Of a DNA stretch of 44,095 bases, positions 28,949 to 37,421 are shown piece by piece. A program made the position numbers and the translations under genes. Under the pieces are notes generated by a model. The model did no database searches and was not told the DNA's origin. It saw only the letters and a program-made list of their open reading frames with translations. Source of the DNA: Gammaproteobacteria bacterium (lineage in GTDB: Bacteria; Pseudomonadota; Gammaproteobacteria; Steroidobacterales; Steroidobacteraceae). Every line of letters starts with the position of its first letter. Within the stretch, counting starts at the first letter, position 1. The DNA lies in NCBI GenBank assembly GCA_031403675.1, contig JANNTO010000066.1, forward strand, positions 1-44,095, read 5' to 3'.

Positions 28949-31010
28949 CATTGATTTCCGCGAGCAGCGCCTTCCCGTCGTAGATCTTCTCGAGCGCAGT
29001 CCGGATGAAGGCCGGGTGCACGCCGATCGTGCGGTTCATCCGCTCGTCGAACCAGTAGCTGCCCGAGATCGAGTGGATGTTGCCATCGAATGCCAGGCCG
29101 ACTATTTCGCCTTTGGCATTGAGCATCGGGCTGCCGGAATTTCCGCCGACGATGTCGTTGTTGGTGGTGAAGTTCGCCGGCGTCGTCATGTCGAGGCGGT
29201 CCTGCGCCGCCATCCAGCGCGCCGGGATCCTGAACGGCGGCTCGCCGGTTGCGCGCTCGAAGGCGCGTGACAGCTCGGTCCAAGGCCGCACTTCCTGGCC
29301 CTTCTCCGGCCAGCCCATCATCGCCCCGTAAGACAGACGCAACGTAAAGGTAGCGTCCGGATAGATGCTCGTGCCATACACGGCAAACCGCGCCTTCGCG
29401 ATCGCTTCCTGACCGCGCTGCACCGGACCCTCGACCTGGTCCTCGAACTGCTTGCGCAAGTCGCGCGCATCCGGATCCACGACCGCGGCGAGGCGGATCA
29501 TCGGATCCTGGCTCGCATCGATCGCGGTCTGGCCGCCCTCGAAGAGCGCGACGCGTGCCGCAGGATCCGCGAGCAAGCTGCCGCGGATCAGCTTCGACGC
29601 CAGCGCATCCGGCGAATCGTTGCCGAATACCTTGCGCACCAGCGCATCGTCGGGACCGAGCCATTCGCGCATGCGCTCGAGGGCAAACGACAGGCGCAGG
29701 ACCTCGAAGTCCGGGTAGATCGGCGCCGCAGCCTGCAGGCCCTGCCGCACTGCGGGCAGGCGCGCATCGGTGAACTCGGCGAGACGCGCCTCGTTCGGCT
29801 TGGCGCGCTCGGTCGCCGCGCGCACCAGCGTGCGCGCATAGCCGAACAGCATGCTGTTGAATGCGGCGCCGCCCTCGATGAACGTGTGCGGCACGAGAAT
29901 GTCGCGCCACTTGCGCTGCGCGTCTGCGATCTCCTGCCACGCGCCGGCAGAAGTGGCGAGCGCCGGGTTCGCGGCGACCGCATCCCTGAGGGCTTGCTCC
30001 CTGGCGGTGGCGGCTTCGAGCAGGGCCGGATCGAGCAGCGCGTCGAACTGCTTGCGCCGCACCTTGATCGAGTTCTCGACCGAGTTCAGGTAGGCCTCGG
30101 CCGTGCGCCGCGGCTCCTCGCCGGTCTTGGAATATTGCAGCATCCGCCCGCGCAGTTCCGAGAACCGCATCAGCCAGAACGGCATGAACGTGGTGCGCTG
30201 CGTTTCGAGTTGCGCCCCGGTCAGCAGCCGGTCGGTGTTGCCGGGGTGGCCGGAGACGAACACGGCGTCGCCCGGATCCGCGCCGTCCCAGTCGAAGCGC
30301 AGGCGATTCGGCGTTTTCGCCGGCTTGCCATTCTCATAGACGCGCAGGATGGACATGTCGAGGCACCAGCGCGGGAACTGGAAATTGTCCGGGTCGCCCC
30401 CGAACGACGCGATGTCCTTGTCGGGCGCGAACACCAGGCGCACGTCTTCATAGCGCCGGTACTTGTAGAGCCAGTACTGGCCGCCCTGGTAGAGCGACAC
30501 GCGCTCGCACTTCAATGCACCACCCTTCGATTTCGCCGCAGCCTCTTCGCAGGCCTGCTCGAGCTTCGTCAACTCGCGCCGGCGCGCCTCGACCGCCGCG
30601 TCCGCCGCGAGCCCTGCGGTCGCTGCCACGACCCTGGCAGTCACGTCCTCGGTGCCGAGCAGCACCGAAATGGAATCTTCCTGGCAGCGAAGTTCCGCCT
30701 CGCGCGAGCCCGCAAGAAAGCCGTTGCCGAGCAGGTCGGTCTCGGGCGTGGAGTTCTGCGCGATGCAGTCCTCGGCGCAGTGGTGATTGGTCAGGATCAG
30801 GCCTTCGCCGGAGATGAACGAACCGGTGCAGCCGCCGTCCAGGCGTACAGTCCCCAGGCGCACTCGGTCGAGCCAGGAGGAATCGAGCGTGACGCCGTAT
30901 TTTTCGGCGATGGCCACGCGCGGCGGATTGTCGAAGGTCCACATGCCCTCGTCAGCCGCGGCCGCAAACGACGCCAGAGCGGCCAGGGCCGCAATAGAAA
31001 CACGCTTCAT
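28941..31010 (-). CDS. S46 family dipeptidyl-peptidase (DPP7/DPP11-like serine protease)
   Basis: ATG 31010 (MKRVSIAALAALASFAAAADEGMW). Motifs GCTGSFISGEGLILTNHHC and C-terminal DIVGGNSGSPMLN. The 3' end overlaps ExoD convergently by 8 nt. Confidence 0.88.
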   Translation of the reverse strand: MKRVSIAALAALASFAAAADEGMWTFDNPPRVAIAEKYGVTLDSSWLDRVRLGTVRLDGGCTGSFISGEGLILTNHHCAEDCIAQNSTPETDLLGNGFLAGSREAELRCQEDSISVLLGTEDVTARVVAATAGLAADAAVEARRRELTKLEQACEEAAAKSKGGALKCERVSLYQGGQYWLYKYRRYEDVRLVFAPDKDIASFGGDPDNFQFPRWCLDMSILRVYENGKPAKTPNRLRFDWDGADPGDAVFVSGHPGNTDRLLTGAQLETQRTTFMPFWLMRFSELRGRMLQYSKTGEEPRRTAEAYLNSVENSIKVRRKQFDALLDPALLEAATAREQALRDAVAANPALATSAGAWQEIADAQRKWRDILVPHTFIEGGAAFNSMLFGYARTLVRAATERAKPNEARLAEFTDARLPAVRQGLQAAAPIYPDFEVLRLSFALERMREWLGPDDALVRKVFGNDSPDALASKLIRGSLLADPAARVALFEGGQTAIDASQDPMIRLAAVVDPDARDLRKQFEDQVEGPVQRGQEAIAKARFAVYGTSIYPDATFTLRLSYGAMMGWPEKGQEVRPWTELSRAFERATGEPPFRIPARWMAAQDRLDMTTPANFTTNNDIVGGNSGSPMLNAKGEIVGLAFDGNIHSISGSYWFDERMNRTIGVHPAFIRTALEKIYDGKALLAEINAK

Positions 31011-31160
31011 TCGGAACTCCCGTGCATCCGCAGGACCGCCAGGGGCGGCGAAGCGCGTATGGTACCGGTTAGACGGCGCTCGCGGACAGCGTGACCCACG
31101 GGTCGGCGCAACGGAAGGGCTGTTCATCGTGCCGCGTCACCCGCGGCTGCAGGGCGCGAT

Positions 31161-31880
31161 TCAGTCGACCGTGGTCAGCAGCAGTTGCGTGCCTTCGGGT
31201 GCGATCAGCAGGCGATGCCGCGCGGGATCGAGATTGCCAGGCGGCCTGCGTGCGAACTCGATGCCGGCTTTCGCGAGATTCGCGATGCGTTCCGGCATCG
31301 CGGGGTCCGTGAACAGCAGCGACGGGCGCTGCATTGCACCCGTCTGCAACAGCGCGATGTTCAGTGAATCGCTGGTCAGGCCGACATGCGGATACGGCTC
31401 GTCGCCTTCCTCGGCCGGCACGAACCCGAGCTGCTCCCAGAACTTCACCGCCTGTTGGACGTCGGCGACCGGCAATGCGAATTCCTCGAACCAGCCGAGC
31501 CGCGAGGTTTCGCCCGGCGCGCGCTGCGATGGAGAATAGGTGCGCGCCTCGAGCAGGCGGATCATCTGTCCACCCGGAGTCTCGAGACTTGCTTCGTTGA
31601 AGACGTCGCTGCCAAGGCGGCGCTCGTGGATGTCGATGCCAAGGCCTTCGATCTCGGGCAGGTGCCGCCGCAGGTCTGGCAGCACGAATGCGGGCAGCGG
31701 CGACTGCAGCAGCTCGCGCTGGTGCAGGCCGATCGCCAGCCGGCCGTCGGTGACGACGGCGTAGGGATAAGGCCAGGCCTCGCCCGTCGTGACCTGCGTG
31801 AAACCGAGCTGCTCGTAGAACGCGAGCGACGCAAGCACATCGGGCGCATGCACGCTGATCTCGTGGAAGCGCCCGATCAT
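31161..31880 (-). CDS. VOC (glyoxalase/bleomycin-resistance/dioxygenase) family protein, two-domain
   Basis: Two beta-alpha-beta-beta-beta modules (FHEISVHAPDVLASLAFYEQLGF and EFALPVADVQQAVKFWEQLGF). The ATG overlaps the hemH stop (ATGA). Confidence 0.8.
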   Translation of the reverse strand: MIGRFHEISVHAPDVLASLAFYEQLGFTQVTTGEAWPYPYAVVTDGRLAIGLHQRELLQSPLPAFVLPDLRRHLPEIEGLGIDIHERRLGSDVFNEASLETPGGQMIRLLEARTYSPSQRAPGETSRLGWFEEFALPVADVQQAVKFWEQLGFVPAEEGDEPYPHVGLTSDSLNIALLQTGAMQRPSLLFTDPAMPERIANLAKAGIEFARRPPGNLDPARHRLLIAPEGTQLLLTTVD

Positions 31881-32863
31881 CGCGTATTCGCCGTCGCGGC
31901 GCGGCCGGCGACGAGCCGCGCCAGGCCATCGGCATATGCGGCGCTGTCATTGAGCGCGGGGACGTAATCGAAACGCTCACCGCCGGCGGCGAGGAAAGTG
32001 TCGCGGCCGCGCATCGCGATCTCTTCCAGCGTTTCGAGGCAATCTACGGCAAAGCCCGGGCAGGCGACGACCAGGTGGCGCACGCCCTGTGCGGCCAGTT
32101 CAGAGAGCCGCTCCTCGGTGTAAGGCCTGAGCCAGCGCTCGCCTCCGACCCGCGACTGGAAGGAAAGCGACCAATCCTGCGCCCGCAATCCGAGCCGCTC
32201 CACGACGCGGCCCGCGGTGGTCCGGCACTGCGACTCATAGGGATCGCCCGCATCGACGTAGCGCTGCGGCAGGCCGTGGAACGAGAACAGCAGGTGTGCG
32301 CCGGTCCCGCCGAGATGCGGGGCGATGGAATCGGCCACGGTGGCGATGTGGTTGGCGTCGTCGTGGTAGTTGTCGATGCGGAGTTGTTCCGGCTTCCAGT
32401 CCAGGGCCTTGAGCGCCGCCTCGACGCGGTCGAATACCGATGCGGTTGTAGTCGCCGAATATTGCGGATAAAGCGGCAGCACGATCACGCGTTGCACGCC
32501 CGCGGAACGGAGTTGCTGCAACGCCGTAGCGATGGAGGGCTTTCCGTAGGTCATCCCGATGGCGACCGCAGCAGGATCCGGAAGCAGTTCGCCGAGCCGG
32601 CGTTCGAGCGCGGCGGCGAGCGAGCGCGTGTTGACCAGGAGCGGCGAGCCCGCGGCAGTCCAGATCTCGCGATAGGCGCGTGCGCTCCGCCTGGGGCGGA
32701 TCTGCAGGATCACGCCGTAAAGGATCGGCAGCCACAACAGGCGCGGCAGGTCCACCACGCGCGGATCCGACAGGAACTCAGCCAGGAAACGCCGCACGGC
32801 CGCGGGTGTCGCGGCATCCGGCGTGCCGAGATTGGCGACCAGGACACCTGTTGTTACGGCCAT
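31877..32863 (-). CDS. hemH: Ferrochelatase
   Basis: ATG 32863 (MAVTTGVLVANLGTPDAATPAAVRRFLAEFLSDPRVV). Motifs PLYPQYS, LLFSFHGLP and CLETLEEI. Confidence 0.93.
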   Translation of the reverse strand: MAVTTGVLVANLGTPDAATPAAVRRFLAEFLSDPRVVDLPRLLWLPILYGVILQIRPRRSARAYREIWTAAGSPLLVNTRSLAAALERRLGELLPDPAAVAIGMTYGKPSIATALQQLRSAGVQRVIVLPLYPQYSATTTASVFDRVEAALKALDWKPEQLRIDNYHDDANHIATVADSIAPHLGGTGAHLLFSFHGLPQRYVDAGDPYESQCRTTAGRVVERLGLRAQDWSLSFQSRVGGERWLRPYTEERLSELAAQGVRHLVVACPGFAVDCLETLEEIAMRGRDTFLAAGGERFDYVPALNDSAAYADGLARLVAGRAATANTR

Positions 32864-32888
32864 GCCGCGACGATACCCGACGTCCCAC

Positions 32889-32944
32889 AAAAAGGGGACG
32901 TTACCCTTTTCTCATACAGGAAAAGGGTAACGTCCCCATTAAAA
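32889..32944. repeat. Nested-palindrome element, subtype B
   Basis: AAAAAGGGGACGTTACCCTTTTC-tcatacag-GAAAAGGGTAACGTCCCCATTAAAAG. Lies between the hemH start (25 nt away) and the OMP gene stop (about 58 nt away). Confidence 0.88.
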
Positions 32945-33001
32945 GAAACGGCGGCCGGAGGATGGACCACCGGCCGCCGAATCACGCATCGATCGTCAGA
33001 A

Positions 33002-33565
33002 TCAGAACGCGAAACGCACGCCCGCCAGGATGGTGTTGGCGTCGTCGGCCATCTCGTACTCGGCTCCCACGGCGAAGTTCTCCGTGAAGAAGTAACGACC
33101 ACCAACCGCGACCGAGGTGTCGTCGGATCCGCCGCCGAAATCGCGGTGAATCACGTGGCCTTCGAGTTCGAAGCCATCGGCCACGCGGCCACGGATGCCC
33201 GCGGACACGAGATAGCCGTCGTCGTCGATGGAAAACCCGCCGGATGAAGCATCGGCCTGGATGTAGCCGGCACGGCCGACCAGATCGACGTTCTCGGAAA
33301 TGCCGAAACGTCCACCGAGGCCGACCGCGTACTGATCGACGTCGACGCCAGAGACCTGCTGATTCGAGTATTCGGCGAATGCAAAGAAGTTCTCAGCAAA
33401 GCCGATCGAGCCGCGCAGGCCGAAACCGTCGGCGGTTGGGCCGTTGTCGATGTCGGTGCTGAGCCAGCCGAGGTCGACATACGAATAGCTCATGTCCTCG
33501 GCCTGGGCCGCGAGCGGAGCTGCCGCCAGCAGCAGGGTGCCAACCATGGCATTCACGATCTTCAT
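33002..33565 (-). CDS. Small outer-membrane beta-barrel protein
   Basis: ATG 33565 preceded by AAGGAAA. Signal peptide (MKIVNAMVGTLLLAAAPLAAQA), alternating beta-strand pattern and terminal aromatic (GVRFAF). Confidence 0.8.
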   Translation of the reverse strand: MKIVNAMVGTLLLAAAPLAAQAEDMSYSYVDLGWLSTDIDNGPTADGFGLRGSIGFAENFFAFAEYSNQQVSGVDVDQYAVGLGGRFGISENVDLVGRAGYIQADASSGGFSIDDDGYLVSAGIRGRVADGFELEGHVIHRDFGGGSDDTSVAVGGRYFFTENFAVGAEYEMADDANTILAGVRFAF

Positions 33566-33699
33566 GATCTGATTTCCTTTGTAAGTGAGGGATCCTGATG
33601 CACGCACGGCTGCCTCTGGGGGAGGTTGCCGCTGACGTGTAGAGAGGGGTCCACAAGCCATGCGTGCAGTTGTCAGACCGCGCCATTGTGGACGAGTTC

Positions 33700-33830
33700 C
33701 GGCCAGATTAGAAGCGCTATCAGGTCACAGAAAAGCAATATAAAACAAATACTTAATAGATATTGCAATCACAAAAAATTTGTGGTTTTTTTGCACTGCA
33801 CTTTTTGTTGTTGGATAACACTGGTCGGGC
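33700..33830 (-). promoter_or_regulatory. AT-rich island upstream of the OMP gene; candidate sigma70 promoter
   Basis: Locally very low GC within high-GC DNA. On the minus strand, TTGCAA (33763-68), a 17-nt spacer, then TTTTAT (33740-45). Also a CACAAAAAATTTGTG palindrome followed by a T-run (33770-33791). Confidence 0.3.
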
Positions 33831-33859
33831 AGCGGAGCAATCGACGGCCGCGAATGGCG

Positions 33860-35317
33860 CTATGAAACTCCGCCGACGCAGACGTACTTGATCTCGGTGT
33901 AGTCGAGCAGCCCGTACTTCGAGCCTTCGCGGCCAGTGCCCGATTCCTTGACGCCGCCGAACGGCGCGACTTCGGTCGAGATGATCCCGGTATTGAGCCC
34001 GACGATGCCGCACTCGAGCGCCTCCGACACGCGCCAGGAGCGCGCGAGGTCGCGTGTGTAGACATAGGCTGCCAGCCCATACTCCGTGTCATTCGCCATA
34101 GCGATGGCTTCTGGCTCCGAATTGAAACGGAAACAAGCCGCGACCGGCCCAAAGGTTTCCTCACGCGCGACCATCATGGCGGTCGTGACGCCGGTCAGCA
34201 CGGTCGGCTCGAAGAACGTGCCGCCGAGCGCGTGACGATGGCCGCCGGTCACGACCACAGCACCTTTCGAGGTCGCATCGGCGACATGTTCTTCGACCTT
34301 TTTCAGTGCGGCTGCATCGATCAGCGGTCCCAGATCGGTCGCACCGGCGAGACCGTCGCCAACGCGAAGCTTCGAAACGGCGGCCACCAGCTTCTGCGTG
34401 AAGGCTTCGTAGACACTCTCCTGCACCAGCAGCCGGTTCGCGCAGACGCAGGTCTGGCCGGTATTGCGGTACTTGGAGGCGATCGCGCCCGCAACCGCGG
34501 CATCGAGATCGGCGTCCTCGAACACGATGAACGGCGCGTTGCCACCAAGTTCGAGCGACACCTTCTTCATCGTTTTCGCGCACTGTGCCATCAACAGTTT
34601 GCCGATCTCGGTCGAGCCGGTGAACGAGAGCTTGCGCACGCGCGCATCGCCGGTCAGCACGCCGCCAATCTCGCGCGCGGGACCGGTGATCACGTTCAGC
34701 ACGCCCGGTGGGATGCCGGCACGATGTGCGAGTTCGGCGAGCGCGAGCGCGGAGTAGGGCGTCTGTGTCGCCGGCTTGCAGATCACGGTACAGCCGGCGG
34801 CGATGGCCGGCGCTACCTTGCGTGTGATCATCGCCGCGGGGAAATTCCACGGCGTGATCGCGGCGACCACACCGACCGGCTGGCGCAGCACCAGGATGCG
34901 CTTGTCGGCCTGGTGGCCTGGAATGATGTCGCCATAGACACGCTTAGCTTCCTCGCCAAACCATTCGACGAAGGACGCGGCATAGGCTATCTCGCTGCGC
35001 GATTCCGCGAGCGGCTTGCCTTGCTCGGCGGTCATCAACACGGCGAGGTCATCCTGGTTTGCCATGATGAGTTCAAACCAGCGGCGCAGGATGGCGCTGC
35101 GTTCCTTCGCGGTCTTCGCGGCCCAGGCCGGAAATGCCTGGTATGCGGCGGCGACAGCGGCCCCGGCGCCCGCCGCATTGATCGCGGGGATCGTGCCGAG
35201 TTGCTGGCCCGTTGCAGGATTGGTCACGGGAAGCTTCGCGCTGCCCGCGGCATCCACCCACGCGCCATTGACGTAGCACTGCTGGCGGAAGAGCGAAGGA
35301 TCCTTGAGTTTCATCAT
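33860..35317 (-). CDS. gabD: NAD(P)-dependent succinate-semialdehyde dehydrogenase
   Basis: 485-aa ALDH (ITPWNFP, LELGGNAP, catalytic QTCVCANR, EETFGP). The N-terminus (FRQQCYVNGAWVDA) is typical of GabD. Confidence 0.85.
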   Translation of the reverse strand: MMKLKDPSLFRQQCYVNGAWVDAAGSAKLPVTNPATGQQLGTIPAINAAGAGAAVAAAYQAFPAWAAKTAKERSAILRRWFELIMANQDDLAVLMTAEQGKPLAESRSEIAYAASFVEWFGEEAKRVYGDIIPGHQADKRILVLRQPVGVVAAITPWNFPAAMITRKVAPAIAAGCTVICKPATQTPYSALALAELAHRAGIPPGVLNVITGPAREIGGVLTGDARVRKLSFTGSTEIGKLLMAQCAKTMKKVSLELGGNAPFIVFEDADLDAAVAGAIASKYRNTGQTCVCANRLLVQESVYEAFTQKLVAAVSKLRVGDGLAGATDLGPLIDAAALKKVEEHVADATSKGAVVVTGGHRHALGGTFFEPTVLTGVTTAMMVAREETFGPVAACFRFNSEPEAIAMANDTEYGLAAYVYTRDLARSWRVSEALECGIVGLNTGIISTEVAPFGGVKESGTGREGSKYGLLDYTEIKYVCVGGVS

Positions 35318-36294
35318 GTCGCCTTCACGACGCGCTGATCGATTGCGCCGAAGATGGAAGCGCCGCCGGCATCGAACATCTCGATGCGCACGCGATCGCC
35401 GAACGAAAGAAAGGGTGTCACCGGCCGGCCCTGGTCGAGTGTTTCCAGCATGCGCCGCTCCGCGAGGCAGGTCGAGCCTTGCGCGCGGTCGCGATTCGAG
35501 ACCGTGCCCGAGCCGACGATCGCACCGGCGCGGAGGCGGCGGGTCTTCGCCGCGTGTGCAATCAGTTGCCCGAAATCGAAGGTCATGTCGACACCGGCGT
35601 TCGGTCGGCCAAAGAGTTCGTCATTCAAGTGCACTGTGAGCGGCAGGTGAACTTTGGCATCGTGCCACGCACCGCCCAGTTCATCGGGCGTCACGGCGAC
35701 TGGCGAAAACGCGGTCGCTGGCTTCGACTGATAGAAACCGAAACCCTTGGCGAGCTCGTTCGGGATCAGGTTCCTGAGCGACCAGTCGTTCACCAGCATC
35801 ACCAGCACAATGTGGCGACGCGCCGCGGCTGCATCCGCTCCCATCGGTACGTCGTCGGTAACGACTGCGACCTCGCCCTCAAGGTCGATGCCCCAGTCTT
35901 CGCTGCCGAACGGCACATCGGCAGTTGGCGGCAGCAGGTCGTCGGAGCCGCCCTGGTAGACCAACGGATCGGTCCAGAAGGATTCGGGCAGCGTCGCGCC
36001 GCGCGCCTTGCGCACCAGTTCGACGTGATTGACATAGGCGCTGCCGTCCACCCAATGAAAACTCCGTGGTAGCGGCGCAAGAACCGCCGCAGGATCGAAC
36101 GCGAAATCCTGCGCGCGCCCGGCCTCGAGCTCACGCGCAAGTGCCGCAAGCGCAGGCGCGACCCGGGCCCAGTCGTCGAGTGCCGCCTGCAGTGTCGGCG
36201 CGACCGCCGCTGCCAAGGCGGCCCGGTGCAGATCGCGGCTGACGACTACCAACCGCCCGTCGCGGCTGCCGTCGGCCTGCGTCGCAAGTTTCAT
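35314..36294 (-). CDS. Fumarylacetoacetate hydrolase (FAH) family protein
   Basis: ATG 36294 (MKLATQADGSRDGRLVVVSRDL) and a C-terminal FAH fold (DLEGEVAVV, VMLVNDWSLR, GSGTVSN). 4-nt overlaps with both neighbours. Confidence 0.8.
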   Translation of the reverse strand: MKLATQADGSRDGRLVVVSRDLHRAALAAAVAPTLQAALDDWARVAPALAALARELEAGRAQDFAFDPAAVLAPLPRSFHWVDGSAYVNHVELVRKARGATLPESFWTDPLVYQGGSDDLLPPTADVPFGSEDWGIDLEGEVAVVTDDVPMGADAAAARRHIVLVMLVNDWSLRNLIPNELAKGFGFYQSKPATAFSPVAVTPDELGGAWHDAKVHLPLTVHLNDELFGRPNAGVDMTFDFGQLIAHAAKTRRLRAGAIVGSGTVSNRDRAQGSTCLAERRMLETLDQGRPVTPFLSFGDRVRIEMFDAGGASIFGAIDQRVVKAT

Positions 36295-37421
36295 TTTGCG
36301 GCGCCTTTCCAGCTGTCCACGTAGCCCGCCCATTCCACCTGCGCGGCGGCGGGATCAATCTCGAGGGCGTCGCGCGTATCCACCATCACCGCGTACTCAT
36401 CGGTCGCGGGTTTGGACTGCACCAGCATGCGCGCCAACGCCTTCGGATGCGGGCCGTGCGTGAAACCGGCGGGATGCAGCGTCACCATGCCCGGATGGAT
36501 ACTGTCGCGGCTGAAGAAATCGCCCGCGTGGTAGAAGATGGCTTCGTCGTAGTCGTCGTTGTTGTGGAAGAACGGGATCTTGATCGCGCCCGAATCGGTC
36601 TCGAACGGCCGCGGCACAAAGGTGCAGACTACAAAGCGGTTGCCGACGAAAGTCGTGTGCGCCGACGGCGGCAGGTGATAGCGATGGCTCATCAGCGGGC
36701 GGATGTCACGCACATTGATGCGGCATACCGACAGCTCGCCGTGCCAGCCGATCGCATCGAGCGGGTTGTACGGAAACGTGACGGTTGAAACGGCATTGCG
36801 GCGCTTGATCGCGACTCGCCAGGCCTTCTCATCCTGCTGTGCCAGGAAAGCCTCGTCCACGCGCGGCGCGTCCAGCATCGCCGGATCAAAGATCGCCTGC
36901 CCGCCGAGCAGGCCCTTGTCCGGCAGCAGGTAGGAGGCGTTGGTCGCCTCGACCATCAGGATTGCCGTGGGCTCCGCGCATTCCAGCCGCCACATCGTGC
37001 CGCGCGGCAGCACGATGTAATCGCCCGCCTCGAATGCCAGGTGTCCGAAATCGCAGAACAGCTCGCCATGCCCCTGGTGCACGAACAAGAGCTCGTCGCC
37101 GTCGGCATTGCGAGCGAGGGCATCCATCTTTCCTGCGACGCGCCAGAAGCGGATCCGGCAATGCGCGTTGTGCATGACCGCGGCGGCAGACCACGGGTGC
37201 GCCGTGACCGCATCGAGTCTGGTCAGGTCGAAGGCATGGGGTGAGAGCGGTCCTTCAAAGGACGACCAACCGGTCGGCGGGTGGCGGTGGTGAAAGAACG
37301 CCGCCGGGCCGAAGAATCCTTCCTTGCTCATTTCGCGCTCAAAGGTGCCGGGCGGCAGGTCGCAGTGCGCCTGACGGGACGCGGTACCCTCAATGCGGGA
37401 GTGGCCTATATAGCGTTTCAT
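36291..37421 (-). CDS. Homogentisate 1,2-dioxygenase family (cupin) protein, short form
   Basis: 376 aa, with FVHQGHGELFCDFG..GDYIVLPRGTMWR and FFHNNDDYDEAIFYHAGDFFSR...HPAGFTHGPHP. Family-level call only. Substrate unknown. Confidence 0.6.
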   Translation of the reverse strand: MKRYIGHSRIEGTASRQAHCDLPPGTFEREMSKEGFFGPAAFFHHRHPPTGWSSFEGPLSPHAFDLTRLDAVTAHPWSAAAVMHNAHCRIRFWRVAGKMDALARNADGDELLFVHQGHGELFCDFGHLAFEAGDYIVLPRGTMWRLECAEPTAILMVEATNASYLLPDKGLLGGQAIFDPAMLDAPRVDEAFLAQQDEKAWRVAIKRRNAVSTVTFPYNPLDAIGWHGELSVCRINVRDIRPLMSHRYHLPPSAHTTFVGNRFVVCTFVPRPFETDSGAIKIPFFHNNDDYDEAIFYHAGDFFSRDSIHPGMVTLHPAGFTHGPHPKALARMLVQSKPATDEYAVMVDTRDALEIDPAAAQVEWAGYVDSWKGAAK

